64,000 nucleotides of DNA from Lingula anatina (Eukaryota > Animalia > Brachiopoda): assembly GCA_051362555.1 (NCBI GenBank), contig CM120646.1, positions 23,870,001 to 23,934,000 of the forward strand, in the 5' to 3' direction. The notes under the pieces were generated by a model. The model saw only the letters and a list, made by a program, of their open reading frames with translations, ran no database searches and had not been told where the DNA came from. A program made the translations under genes and the position numbers. Below are positions 1 through 13,332 of this stretch, one piece after another. How positions within the stretch are numbered: position 1 is the stretch's first letter; every line of letters starts with the position of its first letter.

Positions 1-1472
1 TGCCTCGTTTCCAAGAGCTGACGGCAGACAAGCTGGGCAAGGCTGGCATAGTACGGGAACTCACCTTTGGCACAACCAAAGACAGAATGTTAGTTATAGA
101 AGAATGTCACAACTCTAGAGCTGTTACCATATTTATTAGAGCAGGAAATAGAATGGTAGGTGTATGATTCACATTTGGTAGATTGATGAAGATAATTTTT
201 AGTGACTTAGAGATAAAAAGTGTGTACTGTACTTGGGTAGTTAGTGAGACAACTCAAAAGAAGCTTATTCTGCTTTGCAAAAGGTTAAGCCATTTGACTC
301 TGAGTTAGTATCTGCTAAGATTTATTTCCAAATGAAAGATGTCTCCCATGTATCCATAGGTATGAAAAGTACTGGGCATGATCAACAGTTCAATTTGTTA
401 ACTTCATGTCTCTAAGTGTTGTTGCTGCCAATATTTATCAACAAGAAAGTGAAGATCTTAGTGAGGTTATGATGTGGACTTTTTTGTCCATTTTTCAGAT
501 AATAGAAGAAGCCAAGCGTAGTCTGCACGATGCATTGTGTGTAGTCAGGAACCTAGTCAAAGACCACAGGATAGTATATGGGGGCGGGGCCGCTGAGATT
601 GCCATGTCCCTAGCTGTCAGTCAAGAGGCAGAAAAGGTAAGTGAACAGGATAGTATCAGTCAAGAGACAGACAAGGTGAGGGATTGTAAGAAATCCATAT
701 TGGATCTGTATATGCACTTGTGTATTAAGAAGCTTTTGTGAACATTTTACTCGGTGTCAGATTTCAGTCCAATAAATTGTGTTACTGGGTTATTTTCAAC
801 TAGAAAAAGTGTGATCTTAGTCTTGGAGCTGCGGGTTGTAATGTGATGACTAGATCTCTGGAGCTTTAGAAATATTCTTTGTACTCCCACTACAAAATGA
901 ATATAATAACAGATCTTAATGCTACTTTTCTATGAGGCTTAAGATATTAGTATTATATGTATTATTCCAGATCTCCACTCTAGAACAGTATGCTATGAGA
1001 GCGTTTGCAGATGCTCTAGACTCTGTTCCCCTAGCCCTGGCAGAGAACAGCGGCCAGGCTCCCATACAGACGGTAGCTGAGATCAAATCGAGGCAGGTGA
1101 CGGAGAAGAACCCCAGGTTGGGTATTGACTGTATGAATAAAGGATCTAATGGTGAGTGATATGGACCTGTTATAATTAGTGTGGTACACTTAGCTGTATT
1201 CAAACTGTTGGAGATATTGTCAGTTCATAGTGTGACTATTACATAAGACTGTGCCCTATATGGAAGCCCCTCTCTTGGTCTGAACAATGAAAAGCGAGTA
1301 TTGAAGGGGAGTAAATTCCCCCCTCCCAATTAATTACATATATAGGTTGCTTTTTCACCTTCTTTGACTGATATTATTCCCTGTCTTAAATATAGACACT
1401 TAGTAATGGAGGCTGTATGTACTAACAGGTAACATGTATGTGCACAGAAGATGTTCAGTGTATGTAGCAGTT

Positions 1473-1517
<45 letters not shown>

Positions 1518-1665
1518 GTGTTTGTCTTGTTTAGACATGCGAGAGCAACACGTCATTGAGACCCTGAGTTCCAAGCGTGCACAGATCATGTTGGCAGTCC
1601 AGCTTACCAAGATGATACTCAAGATAGACGACATTAGATCTAGTTCAGAAAATGTAAGTCTGTGA
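1..1665 (+). CDS. CCT5: T-complex protein 1 subunit epsilon (CCT5), last 4 coding exons, 5' partial
   Basis: GT-AG exons <1-155, 499-636, 971-1151, 1535-1665 translate to [15 protein letters not shown]...[32 protein letters not shown]...YGGGAAE/...[13 protein letters not shown]...[18 protein letters not shown]...[10 protein letters not shown], matching the known CCT-epsilon C-terminus. Confidence 0.96.
1474..1516. repeat. (AAT)n microsatellite
   Basis: Pure TAA run in the last CCT5 intron. Confidence 0.9.
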
Positions 1666-3762
1666 CGCAGAAAATCTGTGAGGTTTTTTTTAAAAGGACC
1701 CTTGGAGAGATTTACTTGTGGGAAAAAGGGAATAAAAAAATTTTCTTGGAGAGATCAGTGGTACTTTTTTTGCCTTTACTAGTTCAAGTTACATACTTGG
1801 AAATACACTTGATATTTGTGATTTGAGATTTTTTTTCCTGAGCCTGAAGGTTGACATATATTTTTACGTCTCCAATTTGTTTAGAAGTGGTCCTTTTCCA
1901 AGGGTATTAGTTTTCATTATTCTGAATTGGAAATAAAGCATTTCAGTCTTATAGATATAACCACCATCTGTATATCAAAGAAAAAAGGATGAAAGATGAC
2001 AAAATCCCATATTACTGTTTCTTCAGTTAAATTTTATGCATATTATATATACTGCAGAGTAGCATGGTTGAGTATGTTTCACAGTATGTTTTAATAGAGA
2101 ATTCATTCAAATCCTCCAGTCACTGTTGACCTCAGTTTTACATGGGGTTTATTAAACACCTTAACTTCATTTGACACGTTTTCTTTCCAGATGTTCTAGT
2201 TCAGTAATCCCAGGAATACTCTGAAGTTGTTGGACCTTGGTCACGTATACTATTGAGAGCACGGGTAACAGAGACTACAGTGCAAACTATCAAGATTGCT
2301 ATCTCATGAACAAGGTTCTGCATCAATAATAATATTTCAAAGTCAGTACCGAGATTGAACAACTGTGGCGGTATCTGTCAGAGAATGGCCTTGGCATAGT
2401 GGCTGGAGACAACAGAGTAGAGAAAGACTTCCTGTGTTAAAGTTGAGGAGTATCCACAGAGATTGTAGAATACTAAAAAGGAACGCTGTTTAAATGTATT
2501 GGCGTCCTCAGATGGATCATTGGTATAAGAAATCGTCTTCCGTGGTTTGGAAGGTAGATCAAGTTGTTTTGCTGCAGGTGGAAATCACTTATTAATCTGC
2601 TACCAAGTTTTTATAAACTGGATGTTTGGTATCGCAGTTGTTGGAGTCACATGCATGAACAGTGCGGGATCAATCGTGTGGAATTTATATTGTGATTTTT
2701 TTTTTGCCAATTAATCTTTTTTTACGAACTTGTATTTTTACATGTACGTTGTGTGGTACATGATTGTGTGCTTTGTTAAAGACAATAAAAATACACGAGA
2801 AAATTTTGAATTTTTTTGTTGTCTTGTTGCATTTTAGTTATCAATAAGAGAATTGTGGAATTACAAACTTGTCGCCTTCAATAAATACCGCTGTATTTAA
2901 AATTGTTTCATTTACGGGAAAATCTGACACAAAATGTGGTTGCTTGTCACGCCCTTTGTCGGCCCAACCTGTAGCAATTGTGCAGGGAAAAGAGGCGAGA
3001 TTTTTCTTCCCTGTAGAAACGAGGCTGTTGGGGTAGTTGAAAACTTACGCAGCATTTACGAAAGGGATAACTATGCTTTTTAGAATTCAAGATAAAATAT
3101 ATCTTATTATATTCACTCTTTCGCTAGTGTCAGTGGACACGGCGTGCGTCCACTTCTAGTTTTGCCCAAATTTATAAGATTACTTAGCACTTAACGCGAC
3201 TTTAGTTAATTTATATGCTCTCTATGCTACTATGCTTTTTAAACGTTTACTACGTTTCAGTGTGAATCTGGCACTTCCAGAAGAAAATACTTTCACTGTC
3301 CGCAGTCTTAGACCAGTGATGTTCAGACGAGTGTCCTTGACTCGCGGTTTTGTTATATTTTATGTTGAGCTCAGAACGAAACGTGTAGGAAATGAAACCA
3401 CTGCAGATACAGGCGTCATCTAAAACCACTGACAAGGCGGCACGCCTGCCTGCGGCCTACCTCAAGAAACAAAACTTAATTCTTTCCTTTATGTAATCCA
3501 AAACCTGACAACTAGTACACTTTATCAGGATTCTAAATATAGAGGCTGTGTTTCTCGCCTCAGAAGTCACTGGATATCTACATAAAAGTTCCATTTTAGT
3601 GCATGCACAATCCAACGTTAAGTTACTAAATAAATAAATATAAATAAAATAACCACGATAATAATAATAATTATTAAATTACTATTGACCTCTTTATTAC
3701 TTATTTCCGTGAACGATGAAAGGGGAATCGCACTTCAATCATCCCTCGTTTCCTTTATCTTT

Positions 3763-3764
<2 letters not shown>

Positions 3765-3828
<64 letters not shown>
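3765..3828. repeat. (TA)n microsatellite
   Basis: Uninterrupted TA run. Confidence 0.95.
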
Positions 3829-3833
<5 letters not shown>

Positions 3834-3954
3834 AAAGTTTTCTGGCACTGTGTTAGTGCGGGCAACTGAGTGATCTACGTGAGCCAGGCGTGCAAAGACG
3901 TGTTCAAAATCGATGTGTAAACCGGAGATTTAAAAACTTGTTACGCCCAAGTTT

Positions 3955-4122
3955 TCGTCATGACGTCTTACGTCACAACCCGGCTCAGCAATGACATAAC
4001 GTTATTATTCTGCACCTGACCTAAGCTCTTTGACGTCATAATTAGGATTTTCATCATAATCATAATCAGTTGTCTTGGAGTATCATCTTCGACAGAGAAA
4101 TGAAAAACCACACGGGGTAAGT
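3955..4122 (+). promoter_or_regulatory. Candidate CRE-rich promoter, initiator and short first exon
   Basis: Several TGACG/CGTCA half-sites, a full TGACGTCA at 4031-4038, TCAGTT initiator at 4066-4071 and a consensus donor G|GTAAGT at 4117. Confidence 0.35.
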
Positions 4123-7100
4123 ATATTTAATCTTGTTTCATCAGCCTAAGTTTGGTCGAGTGTGGTAATTACATACATAAATCTGGCTGGTGCTGTTGTC
4201 AGATTAATGTGCTATTTGCTACAGGTCTCCTATAACAAGACTTTAACGGTGTTTACCTTGTTCTACACAACAACAAATGTAGTGAGGAATGTAGGCAGAG
4301 ACATATACATCCTATGTATTACCCCTGAAAATTATAATTTGAGGGCCCCATGCGCAGAGGGGGTAGCGATCACAGTTCACGGGAAATAAAGTCACCAATT
4401 CATAAAGTCACCGTATCATGGTGGATAAAACTTCGTTCATATCTCACTAATTATGCGAGTTGAAGATCTTGAAAATCACTCATCACCGGGTATAAGGACT
4501 CCGTGTCACACAGGGGAATGAATGAAGAGCCGCTTTCACGTGAAACGGGAATGGGATGTTTCGCATACAACGCTAAATATGATGAACGTTTCACTCATCT
4601 CGGGAAATAAAAAGTGGCTTTTCGAAATCACCCAATGGGACCCTCTAAGTATGTCAGTATAGGTACATTTAAACATTTGATCGTGCGATTCCCCGACCTC
4701 ATGCACTGCGTCTCCGTCTCATGCACTGTTCTCGTAAATCTATTTTAAAAGTTGGTTATCTGTTCATCTTTTGAGACAGTAAACAATAGCGCTCTCCTAA
4801 AATAATCTTTGCTGTATCGTGTTGCATTCTTTGAAAAGAAGACTTGGTTGAATTTGATCAGCTAGATTGTAGATGGTACTGGTTGCTAGGAGGAGTCGTC
4901 CTGAGAATAATCAGTTAATTTCCTTATGATGTTAAGTTCAAAATACCAGCACTCCTATTACAACCATATATATAGCTTGTCATGCCTTTCTAGTTTTTTT
5001 TCTGGGTTCCATTGTAAAAATCTGTCACTTATCGAACTAATACCGAAATCATTTTTTTTTCATTTGAAAATATAGATTCGAAAAAAACAAACAAACAAAT
5101 AAATAAAAATAAAAACAAACAAACAAACAAAAATCCGCAAAATTAGGATCGATTGCGTTCGTGAATGATTGTATCAATAATGTCTGAACTTACTAAGAAT
5201 TTCGGTGTTTGGGACTGGCCTGAGAGAGAGAGATGGTCGGTTAGCTGTACTGGATTATAAGGTATAAAATTACTTAAGCTCACATAAACAAGTACCAGGA
5301 ATTAGTAATTTCTCTTTATTTCAGCTTGACCTATTTGGAGCCTTAGAAAGAACACACCTTTTCATTAAATAATGTTCTATTTTTCCACCAAAGCATTAAT
5401 TTTTTATCCATGTAGAATGTCTAAACAGGAATATCGTATACCGGAAAACGGACGTTAATGGACGTTTTCTCTAAACAACGGCATCTGTTCACTTGTAGGC
5501 CTAATGCTAAAACATTTTGCCTGACGGTTGAATGAAACCACAAAAAAATAATAAAAAACAGAAAAATAATAAAAACCGGAAACCGAAATTAGAGCACAGT
5601 TTTCACTGAGCTACGACCGTGCTTTCACCCCATGGCACGCGTTAAAACCTACTTCGTCCCATACCCGCTATGATGACAATTAATTATTGTTATTCTAATC
5701 CTCCGTGACGTCACGCGACCTGTTGCTTCTCCCCAAGTACGAGCTTAACACAGTGAACACAGCAAGTAGGCCCGCGAGGTCCACCGTCTTAACATGACTT
5801 AACAACAGAATATCAGCTGCGTGTTGAGAACGAGAACTTCTCTGGCGACACCAGGTGTTTCAAGTCTCACCCACTTACTTGTGAAGTTAAAAGTCAACTG
5901 GAGATGGAGTGACACGAACGCAGGAGACACAGCTGTCGAACAGTTTATCTAACAATATCACGACAAAAACTTTGACAAACGTCGAGGCGCATCAAGGTGA
6001 TACGTTCGATTTTAGAACACAAGGATCGAACGCCATCGGGCTCCTTAACATCGGGTGCCTCAGGGGTTGGACCAGAGCCACGACGTGTCACATTACTAAT
6101 AGGTGAGTCGAACAGGGTGACAGCCGCCATATTAGTGTAACTGGTGAAATAGGAGAGGGCTGCTGGGGTGGTGAACGTTTAGTGGCATAGTCAGTGCTCC
6201 CGCGGTATTTATCGTCCTTAATGATTATATGTTATTAAATTGTCCCATTATTTTACATACTAGTGGCATCTTGGAGTTTGCTGAAGTATTGTTTAAAACT
6301 ATATGTAATGTTTCTGGGTCTTGGTTTAAATATTGAAAAAGAGGAAGTCTTATGTTAACCAAGCACGGGTACGTGTCTATGTGGTGTCTATATATAGAGA
6401 GATAGAGACCCGGCCAGACTATTAATTCACGTGTAATATGCAGTGTACGTATTTAGTTCTCCATCACAGGACAGCGTATGTACTCGTTGTCAATGAGGCA
6501 GCCCGCATACCACAGCATATATGTGTGTGTATATATATTCGTAGTATAAACATACATTGTATACGACCTGAATATATGTCCTTTGTTCATTGTTATTCTC
6601 TACTGCGTTCAAATAACATAAGCATCCCTAATTTATAGAGAAAAAGATGCCCAATATCACGACCTTGAATTTAATGACAGAATTTTGTACAAAATTGTAG
6701 AACGGGTTATAACAGACTTAGAGTTTTATTTACGCTTTTATGTATTCAGTATGGGACTTGAAAGCGTGCTTTAAAATGTAAATACGGGCGCTGAAGACTG
6801 GTTGTTTGGTTGAGTGAAATCGATGATACGTGTACATGTAACTTTTGAGAACTCATCTTTGAATGAAATAGTTGGAGAGAGGCGCTTATGACAGTAAAAT
6901 ATCATCTCTCTCTCTCTCTCTCATCTAACCTATATAAATAAGCATCCATCCAGTTAATTTGCGAGGCCTGTCATCAGATATACAATTGTACGTTTTATCC
7001 GCGCATGATGGCTGTTAGGATTGACATATAATTGGACATTTATTTATTTATTTATTTATTTATTCATGTTTTCCTCTAAATTTTACATTTACATATTTTC

Positions 7101-9029
7101 TTTAATTACTGGTCATATGGGCTCAAGACGTAATAACATTGTACCGCTCCCATCAGCGGGTAAAACTAACACCAGTATATAGCACATCGTCATCTATCCG
7201 TATTTATACATGTACAAGTGTAGTCCACAGACAAGCTGTGTTAAGTGTCTGAAAATTGGCAGGTTAGCGTCTTGGAAATAATGACAGGTTAGGGGTGAAT
7301 GGCAACCACGACCCATGAAATGCCGAATGACAAAAATCACTTAAAACGTCCAACGTAAGAATACGCGGCGTGGTAGTGAAGAAAATGAGCAACTGGTGGG
7401 TTATGTATTGACAATGATAAGATATGATAAAGCTAATTTTCCATCACGGATCAAACGTCAAATTTGACGAGGAAATGTACTTCGCGTGCGACTGTCTATA
7501 GGGTTGTCAACATTCTAGTTATCAGATGTATACGTAGATCAATTTTATGATATCGTTGACCATGATACACATGGGAAGAAATGAGTGTAATCGATGAATT
7601 GAAAGTGTGCTCGAGGGTTAAGTTACACGTATCTGTGTAAGTTACAAGTAGCTGTGGTTTGAGGATCTTGGGGGGGGGGGGGGCGCATGAACGGCAGACG
7701 GGGGTAAAATTTTTGAAATTTACTCAATTTACTGAATTGAATTAATATGAAGCTGCTGCAGTTCCCAATGGCGGTGTTTTGTGTCAGACTTAAGTGTAGC
7801 ACTATTACGAAACCAATGACATCTTTGTAAAAAAAGGTCAAAATTCACTTGGCTCAAAGAATTGTTATAATCAAAAATTGCAATGCCCCAGTTTCTGGTT
7901 TTGTCGGGGTTGATCACAGAGAAGTATTCAATTTATTTTTGTTTCTTTATTTGAGATGTCGGTGGACCTTATCGCAGGGGTCAGGTTTAGTGTATCATAG
8001 TACGTATACTTGTGAACTTCAACATTTTCACGTGGCATGTAGCGTTTTGGCTGTCAGAAATAATATCTAAGCTTTCTTTAATTCCAAGTAAGCAAGTTGG
8101 GAAATATTTGTAAAAAGCGCGCGTTCTGTGCGATCCACGATGAACAGAAATAACGAAAAGAAAATATCTTAACAAAGACATCATATTTTGGAGCTGTGAA
8201 AATGATATTACTAAACTGATTATGTACCACGTTGTTTATGTAGAAATATTTTTGCCTGCATTTTGATAAGGTTGAGCGCCATGGTGTGATGGTAACAGCG
8301 ATTCTTCCTCAGGACCTTGATTTTTACGGATTTATCGATGAGATTAAATGCAAAAGAAAAAAGCTCCTCAGTTTTCATTCTCACGAATCTACGTGTCAGC
8401 GTTCAAAAACACTTAAAATTCCTGTGCTTAGAAAACTGGGGGCTGTCTCCTGCATGTTTTCTTCGAAAGAAAGATGTTATAAACATAAAATGTCTTTATT
8501 TTGGTTTCATATTGATAAAAATCAGCTTTCTCTCCCTCTGTATTTTATATGAGTGGTTACGATGTGACACAGTTGAAATATGAGCTAGTATGGGATTGGC
8601 CATGTTGTTTAATAGTTTTAATTGCCAGTAAATGAACGAGCGCAGTTCTGCGGTGGAAAAGTTATGTATACTAATGCTAGAAATGACGCTAACTTGCAAT
8701 TAGAATGACTTATTGCTCCTTAACTAAACAAAGAAATCTGGGAAAGTGGAATTAAGTGAAAATAGAGCGTTACATGTGTTCATTTATAGCAGCCTGCACG
8801 AGCTGTGCTGAAGACTTTGATTTATTCGGAGATAAATAAACAGCCCACCTCTGCCCCCGCCGCCTCTCCTTTCATAATCTAAAAAATATTGTTATGATTT
8901 AAGTCAGATTATCTGTCGTCGTTTATCGTTTACAATTAGTAAAAGTGAACTTCCTTTGTTCTGTTATTTATTATTTATTATATTATAGTTATATTTATTA
9001 TAGTTATTATCAGATAAATGTTGACCTCG

Positions 9030-9086
9030 TCTCTTTCTCTCTCTCTCTCTCCCTCCCTCCCTCGTTCTCTCGTTCTCTCTCTCCTC

Positions 9087-9123
<37 letters not shown>

Positions 9124-9151
9124 CTCTCTCTCCTCTATTTCTCTCTCTCTC

Positions 9152-9198
<47 letters not shown>
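9030..9198. repeat. (CT)n/(CA)n compound microsatellite
   Basis: Long imperfect CT run ending in CA repeats. Confidence 0.9.
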
Positions 9199-10304
9199 TA
9201 AACGTTCATCTCGACCCTCCACACATGGATGACCTATTTCCAGGATGCACATTACAAATTAGAGAAATGTACCATATATCCATTTCCACTGATCATTACT
9301 AATGCCTGCCATCACATCCCGGAACAGGTCGTGAAGCAGAAATAGTTTTCATGCAATCACCTTGTCTTTTAGTAACGCCAGATTCTGCGCTTCTACACTT
9401 TTACTAGCACGTGTTTAGTTCTGGTTGTACGCCAGTATGAACGCGGAGGTTTCTGAAAGAAATGTCTCCCCCGTTTGCCTTATAGGCAGCTAAGATAATG
9501 TTTTTAAACTGAATGGAAAAATAATAAACGGAATCAACCATGCAAGTTTGGTGAATGAAAAATATTGTTACATAAGTAGACGGTACGGAGAGATCACTCC
9601 AGCGAAATCTTAAATTAGGCAAAATTGAAGAAAAATATAAATATCATTATGAGTGTTTATGTTTGAATTTTGTGAAGTGGGACTGAAATGTCGTAAGACA
9701 CGCGACTCTTCAGCTCTTGTAAACGTGCATGTGTGTTATCTTTCTTATATTAGATGTGAAGTGAAAACCAACAGCTGTGTCAAGTTACTGTTTATCTCCG
9801 GTACATCATGGAATACAAGTAAATGCACAGCGTTTTACTCGTGTCCTACTTAAGAGATACCCCGACGCTAGTGGGGCGTGGCTTGGGTTGTGCTCTATAG
9901 ATAGGAAAATTAGAAAAGTGCTGCAATTTCTGTAGGAGTTGACAGCACTGAGTGCATGAAATGTGCTTTTTGGGGTCTTGAATTACATCTTTCCACCCTC
10001 ATTCTTAAGAGGGCGGGGGTTTGGTAGGGAGGGGATGGCGGAGGACTGAAGCTGAGGCTGAGATGGAGTGACTGAAATATGGGGTGTGGGTGAGGGTTTC
10101 TTGGTTCCTGTACAGTTTCAAATGCCACCCCACTATCTATCACTTTCATACATGTTAGTTGTAGTTTATATGTGTATCACCAGTACGTAGCTTAATTATA
10201 CATGTACCACCAATTCTAGATGTAGATTAGTTTATTGCAATTTATACATCGGATCTAGAGATACCCGGCTACAATGTACATTAGAGGCATAATGTTCATT
10301 TTAC

Positions 10305-10371
10305 AATAATAATATAATATAATATAATATAATATAATATAATATAATATAATATAATATAATATAATATA
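10305..10371. repeat. (ATAAT)n pentanucleotide repeat
   Basis: Direct reading. Confidence 0.9.
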
Positions 10372-11502
10372 AAGTATTTCAGCTGCTAATCCTGCATTTG
10401 CACGGCATTTTGTAGGGCGCGTGAGTGAACGTGTGGACTTGATGCCGCAACTTATCGGGGAAAATCTGTTGTTTATAAGAAAAATGTCTACTTCTATTTT
10501 CAAAATTTTCTAGTAAAAGAAGCTAGTTTGTGAAAGAGGTCATACTGACAAATATACAAATCGTGAACACATCACATTCGCTGAAGTGGTTTGAAGCCAC
10601 TGCCAGACTCGGATATGTTATGTTTTTGTTCCCCGAGTTTTCCCGTGCAGTACCATACAGTTGCCGCATACTCACGACTGCCATTAGCTTGGCAAGATAC
10701 TTGCTGTGTTTGGCAATCATCTCCATGTTTTATGTGCGGTAATGTAGCTGGTTTCCGTGTGGACAGGTGCTCTAGAAGAAGTCGTAGAAGGAAATGTGTT
10801 CAGCAAGTGCTACTCCATGGACATGGGTTTCCTGTGCCTGTATTCTGGTTTGTTGCGGTTTCTGAGAAAAAGGCAATATCTTACCGTAGTGTGAAAGCGG
10901 AGGATGCCAATTATGTTTGGTTAGTCGTATGAGGCGACCCTCAATATCCGGCTTTCCGCGCATTTCTTATCAATATATTCTGATTTATTGTGTTTGTTAG
11001 GTTTGTTTCTTGCTGTCTCTCATCAAACCCAATGTCTAGCCAACGAAAATAATTGTAACTGAGCCAAAATGTTGCACCCTTTTATTTATCTGTCATGTTC
11101 AAACTTATAGTTTCTTGGTATTTAAGACGCAGTAGTTCTCTCCCTAGAAACTATTTTTTTTCTCAAACAAAGACCATCAAAGTAGGTGGATTACGTGAAA
11201 TCTACGGGGTTATGTGGTGGTGGGGGGGTCTGGATCTAGAAATTGCACTCCAATAATCTGAAAATTCATAGATATATCATAGAAAATCCTGTGATATAAT
11301 TAATATAATCATTGAAACTACTTTTAAAGACCTGATTTAACAGTAGAATCTATTAGAATTAAATTTATTCATTTTTATGCCCTAGGTATAAACATTTTAT
11401 TAGCCTACATATTAATTACAGTGTATGATATGCCACCAATTTTCGACAAAGCAAACACTTCTTCAGGCTTTACTTTCGCTGTCTGTCTTTAAAGTCGATC
11501 TT

Positions 11503-12524
11503 TTTTTTTTTATTTTTTTTTATTGACACAATACATCAAGAATACATGACAATACAAATACAAACAAACAGACACTCGCTCACACACTCACACATAAGAG
11601 ATGTTATACTATATAACACTTTTTAGTTAATTACATCGTCGTACGCTAAATCTTCAAATTGAAAATAACTTAATTATATTTGAATTGTACTGACAGATTG
11701 ACTTATCTGTTTTCACCAGATATCTAAGCGATGAAATCAAACCTCCTAATGTTTGTTTACCCTGTGAACATCTTCTTAAATATATATAAAATTCAAATTG
11801 CAACATAATGAGATTAATAATTGGAGAGAGGCTCGTAGAGCCGACTAAGCAATTCCTTTTTGAGACAGGTAAAGTAACTTGAGTATTAGATAATATATAT
11901 TCTACCAAGTCGGTCAATAATTTTTGGGTAACCGCACAATTCCAGAATAAATGCTCTGTTGTTTCTTCAGCTCCTTTGCAAAGGGAACATATACTGCTGT
12001 CGACCATTTTATATTTGAAAAGCAGTTAATTTGTGGTAAGGATATTATGATTAATTCGAAATTGGAACCAGTGAAGCTTTGAATCTTTTGTTATTGTGAA
12101 AGGAAGTTCGAAAATCTTCGGGCATTCATTTTCCTCCAAATTTAACAACTCTTTCCATTTATTCATACCTTTTGACATCTCAAGAACACCTACTTTACTT
12201 AAAGTTTTATAATAAATCTTTGAGCCTTTTGAACAACCTGACAGCAACAATATATGATCAGGAATTAAAGGAGTGGCAATTTTACTTAATTTTTCAGGAA
12301 TACCACCAAGCCATTCTTTTATGGCTGAGATAATTCCATGGTATTCGACAAAATTTGTGTCGATACCGTGGATATCCCTGAACGCAGTGAAGTCATAGAA
12401 CTCGTCAGAGTCCAGGAGTAGATCATTAACAAATCTAATGTTTTTGTCATACCACGATGTATAGAAGACAGGTTTATTTCCAATAAGTATATTTTCATTT
12501 AGAAAGAGTGGAGTGTTACCAAAA
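11503..12524 (-). mobile_element. 5'-truncated L1/Tx1-clade LINE (ORF2 3' end)
   Basis: Minus-strand ORF pieces WFQFRINHNILTTN and CSLCKGAEETTEHLFWNC (zf-RVT-type zinc knuckle); A-rich tail with AATAAA at the left end; 15-bp target-site duplication TTTAAAGTCGATCTT at 11488-11502 and 12525-12539. Confidence 0.9.
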
Positions 12525-13332
12525 TTTAAAGTCGATCTTGATCATGACTAAATTCGAGGATGATTGAAACTTGGGAAGCATATTTACACTAGTATGAATA
12601 ACGACTATAAGATGCAGTGAATTGTGCTTGTTTATTCTTTTGTTACACAATATAATTCTGAAGTTTGTAGGTGAACGGAAGGATTTATATCGGGTTTTCA
12701 ACTATCCACGTGGTTTCCTGGTGTATTTCCATAAAGATATCACAGTTATAACATCCCTGGGATTGCCTCCAGCTTTTGCTCTCGATTTTTGACCAGATAG
12801 TCAGATCTAGATTCAGAATAATAGACAAGTACTTTGGGTTTTACATACGATATATCTCTGCTTTCACAAACTACGTCAAACATCTGCCCAACCAAAGTTG
12901 TCAATATGGTGTATGATAGGACTGTTGGCAGACGACTACTTGTGAATCTCCCGCGATATCCCTTTCTTGGGGTTTCTCGGAAAACGTGCGACAATCCTCG
13001 AGTTTCGAGTGCCGTATTCATTGTTCTAGACACGAGCTCTGATAACAATTGCCAATCAAACACAAATGACAGATTTGCCTTGCTCTCTCGTGTGACAGTG
13101 CTCTTGAAGCTGCTATTAGTTTATGAGAACTAATATGGCTGTCTTTGCTTTGTCTTTCGTTCTTTATCTCCACGTTATTGCAATCAGTTCTCTGATGCCA
13201 TATAATGCGTGGGTGATATGCCGTATTCAGTCAGGTGAAAGAGAACAGATCTCCATATTTTGAGTTGCCCTACCTTGAGTTAAGTGGTTTGCAGCATGAG
13301 AGTGAAAGAGGTGGAACTAATATCAGAGAGGG

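Noticed and set aside
156-1534. snoRNAs in CCT5 introns (TGATGA and CTGA words present)
   Set aside because: I could not assemble a convincing box C/D pair with terminal stem and rRNA guide, nor an H/ACA fold; needs snoscan or Infernal.
8945-9302. ORFs with SLSLSL / RERERE runs
   Set aside because: Translations of the CT microsatellite; the same applies to ORFs at 3685, 10255, 38530, 53551 (3' part) and 61620.
12746-13133. Overlapping ~100-aa ORFs on both strands
   Set aside because: No recognisable motifs or splice context; lengths are compatible with chance in a GC-richer island.
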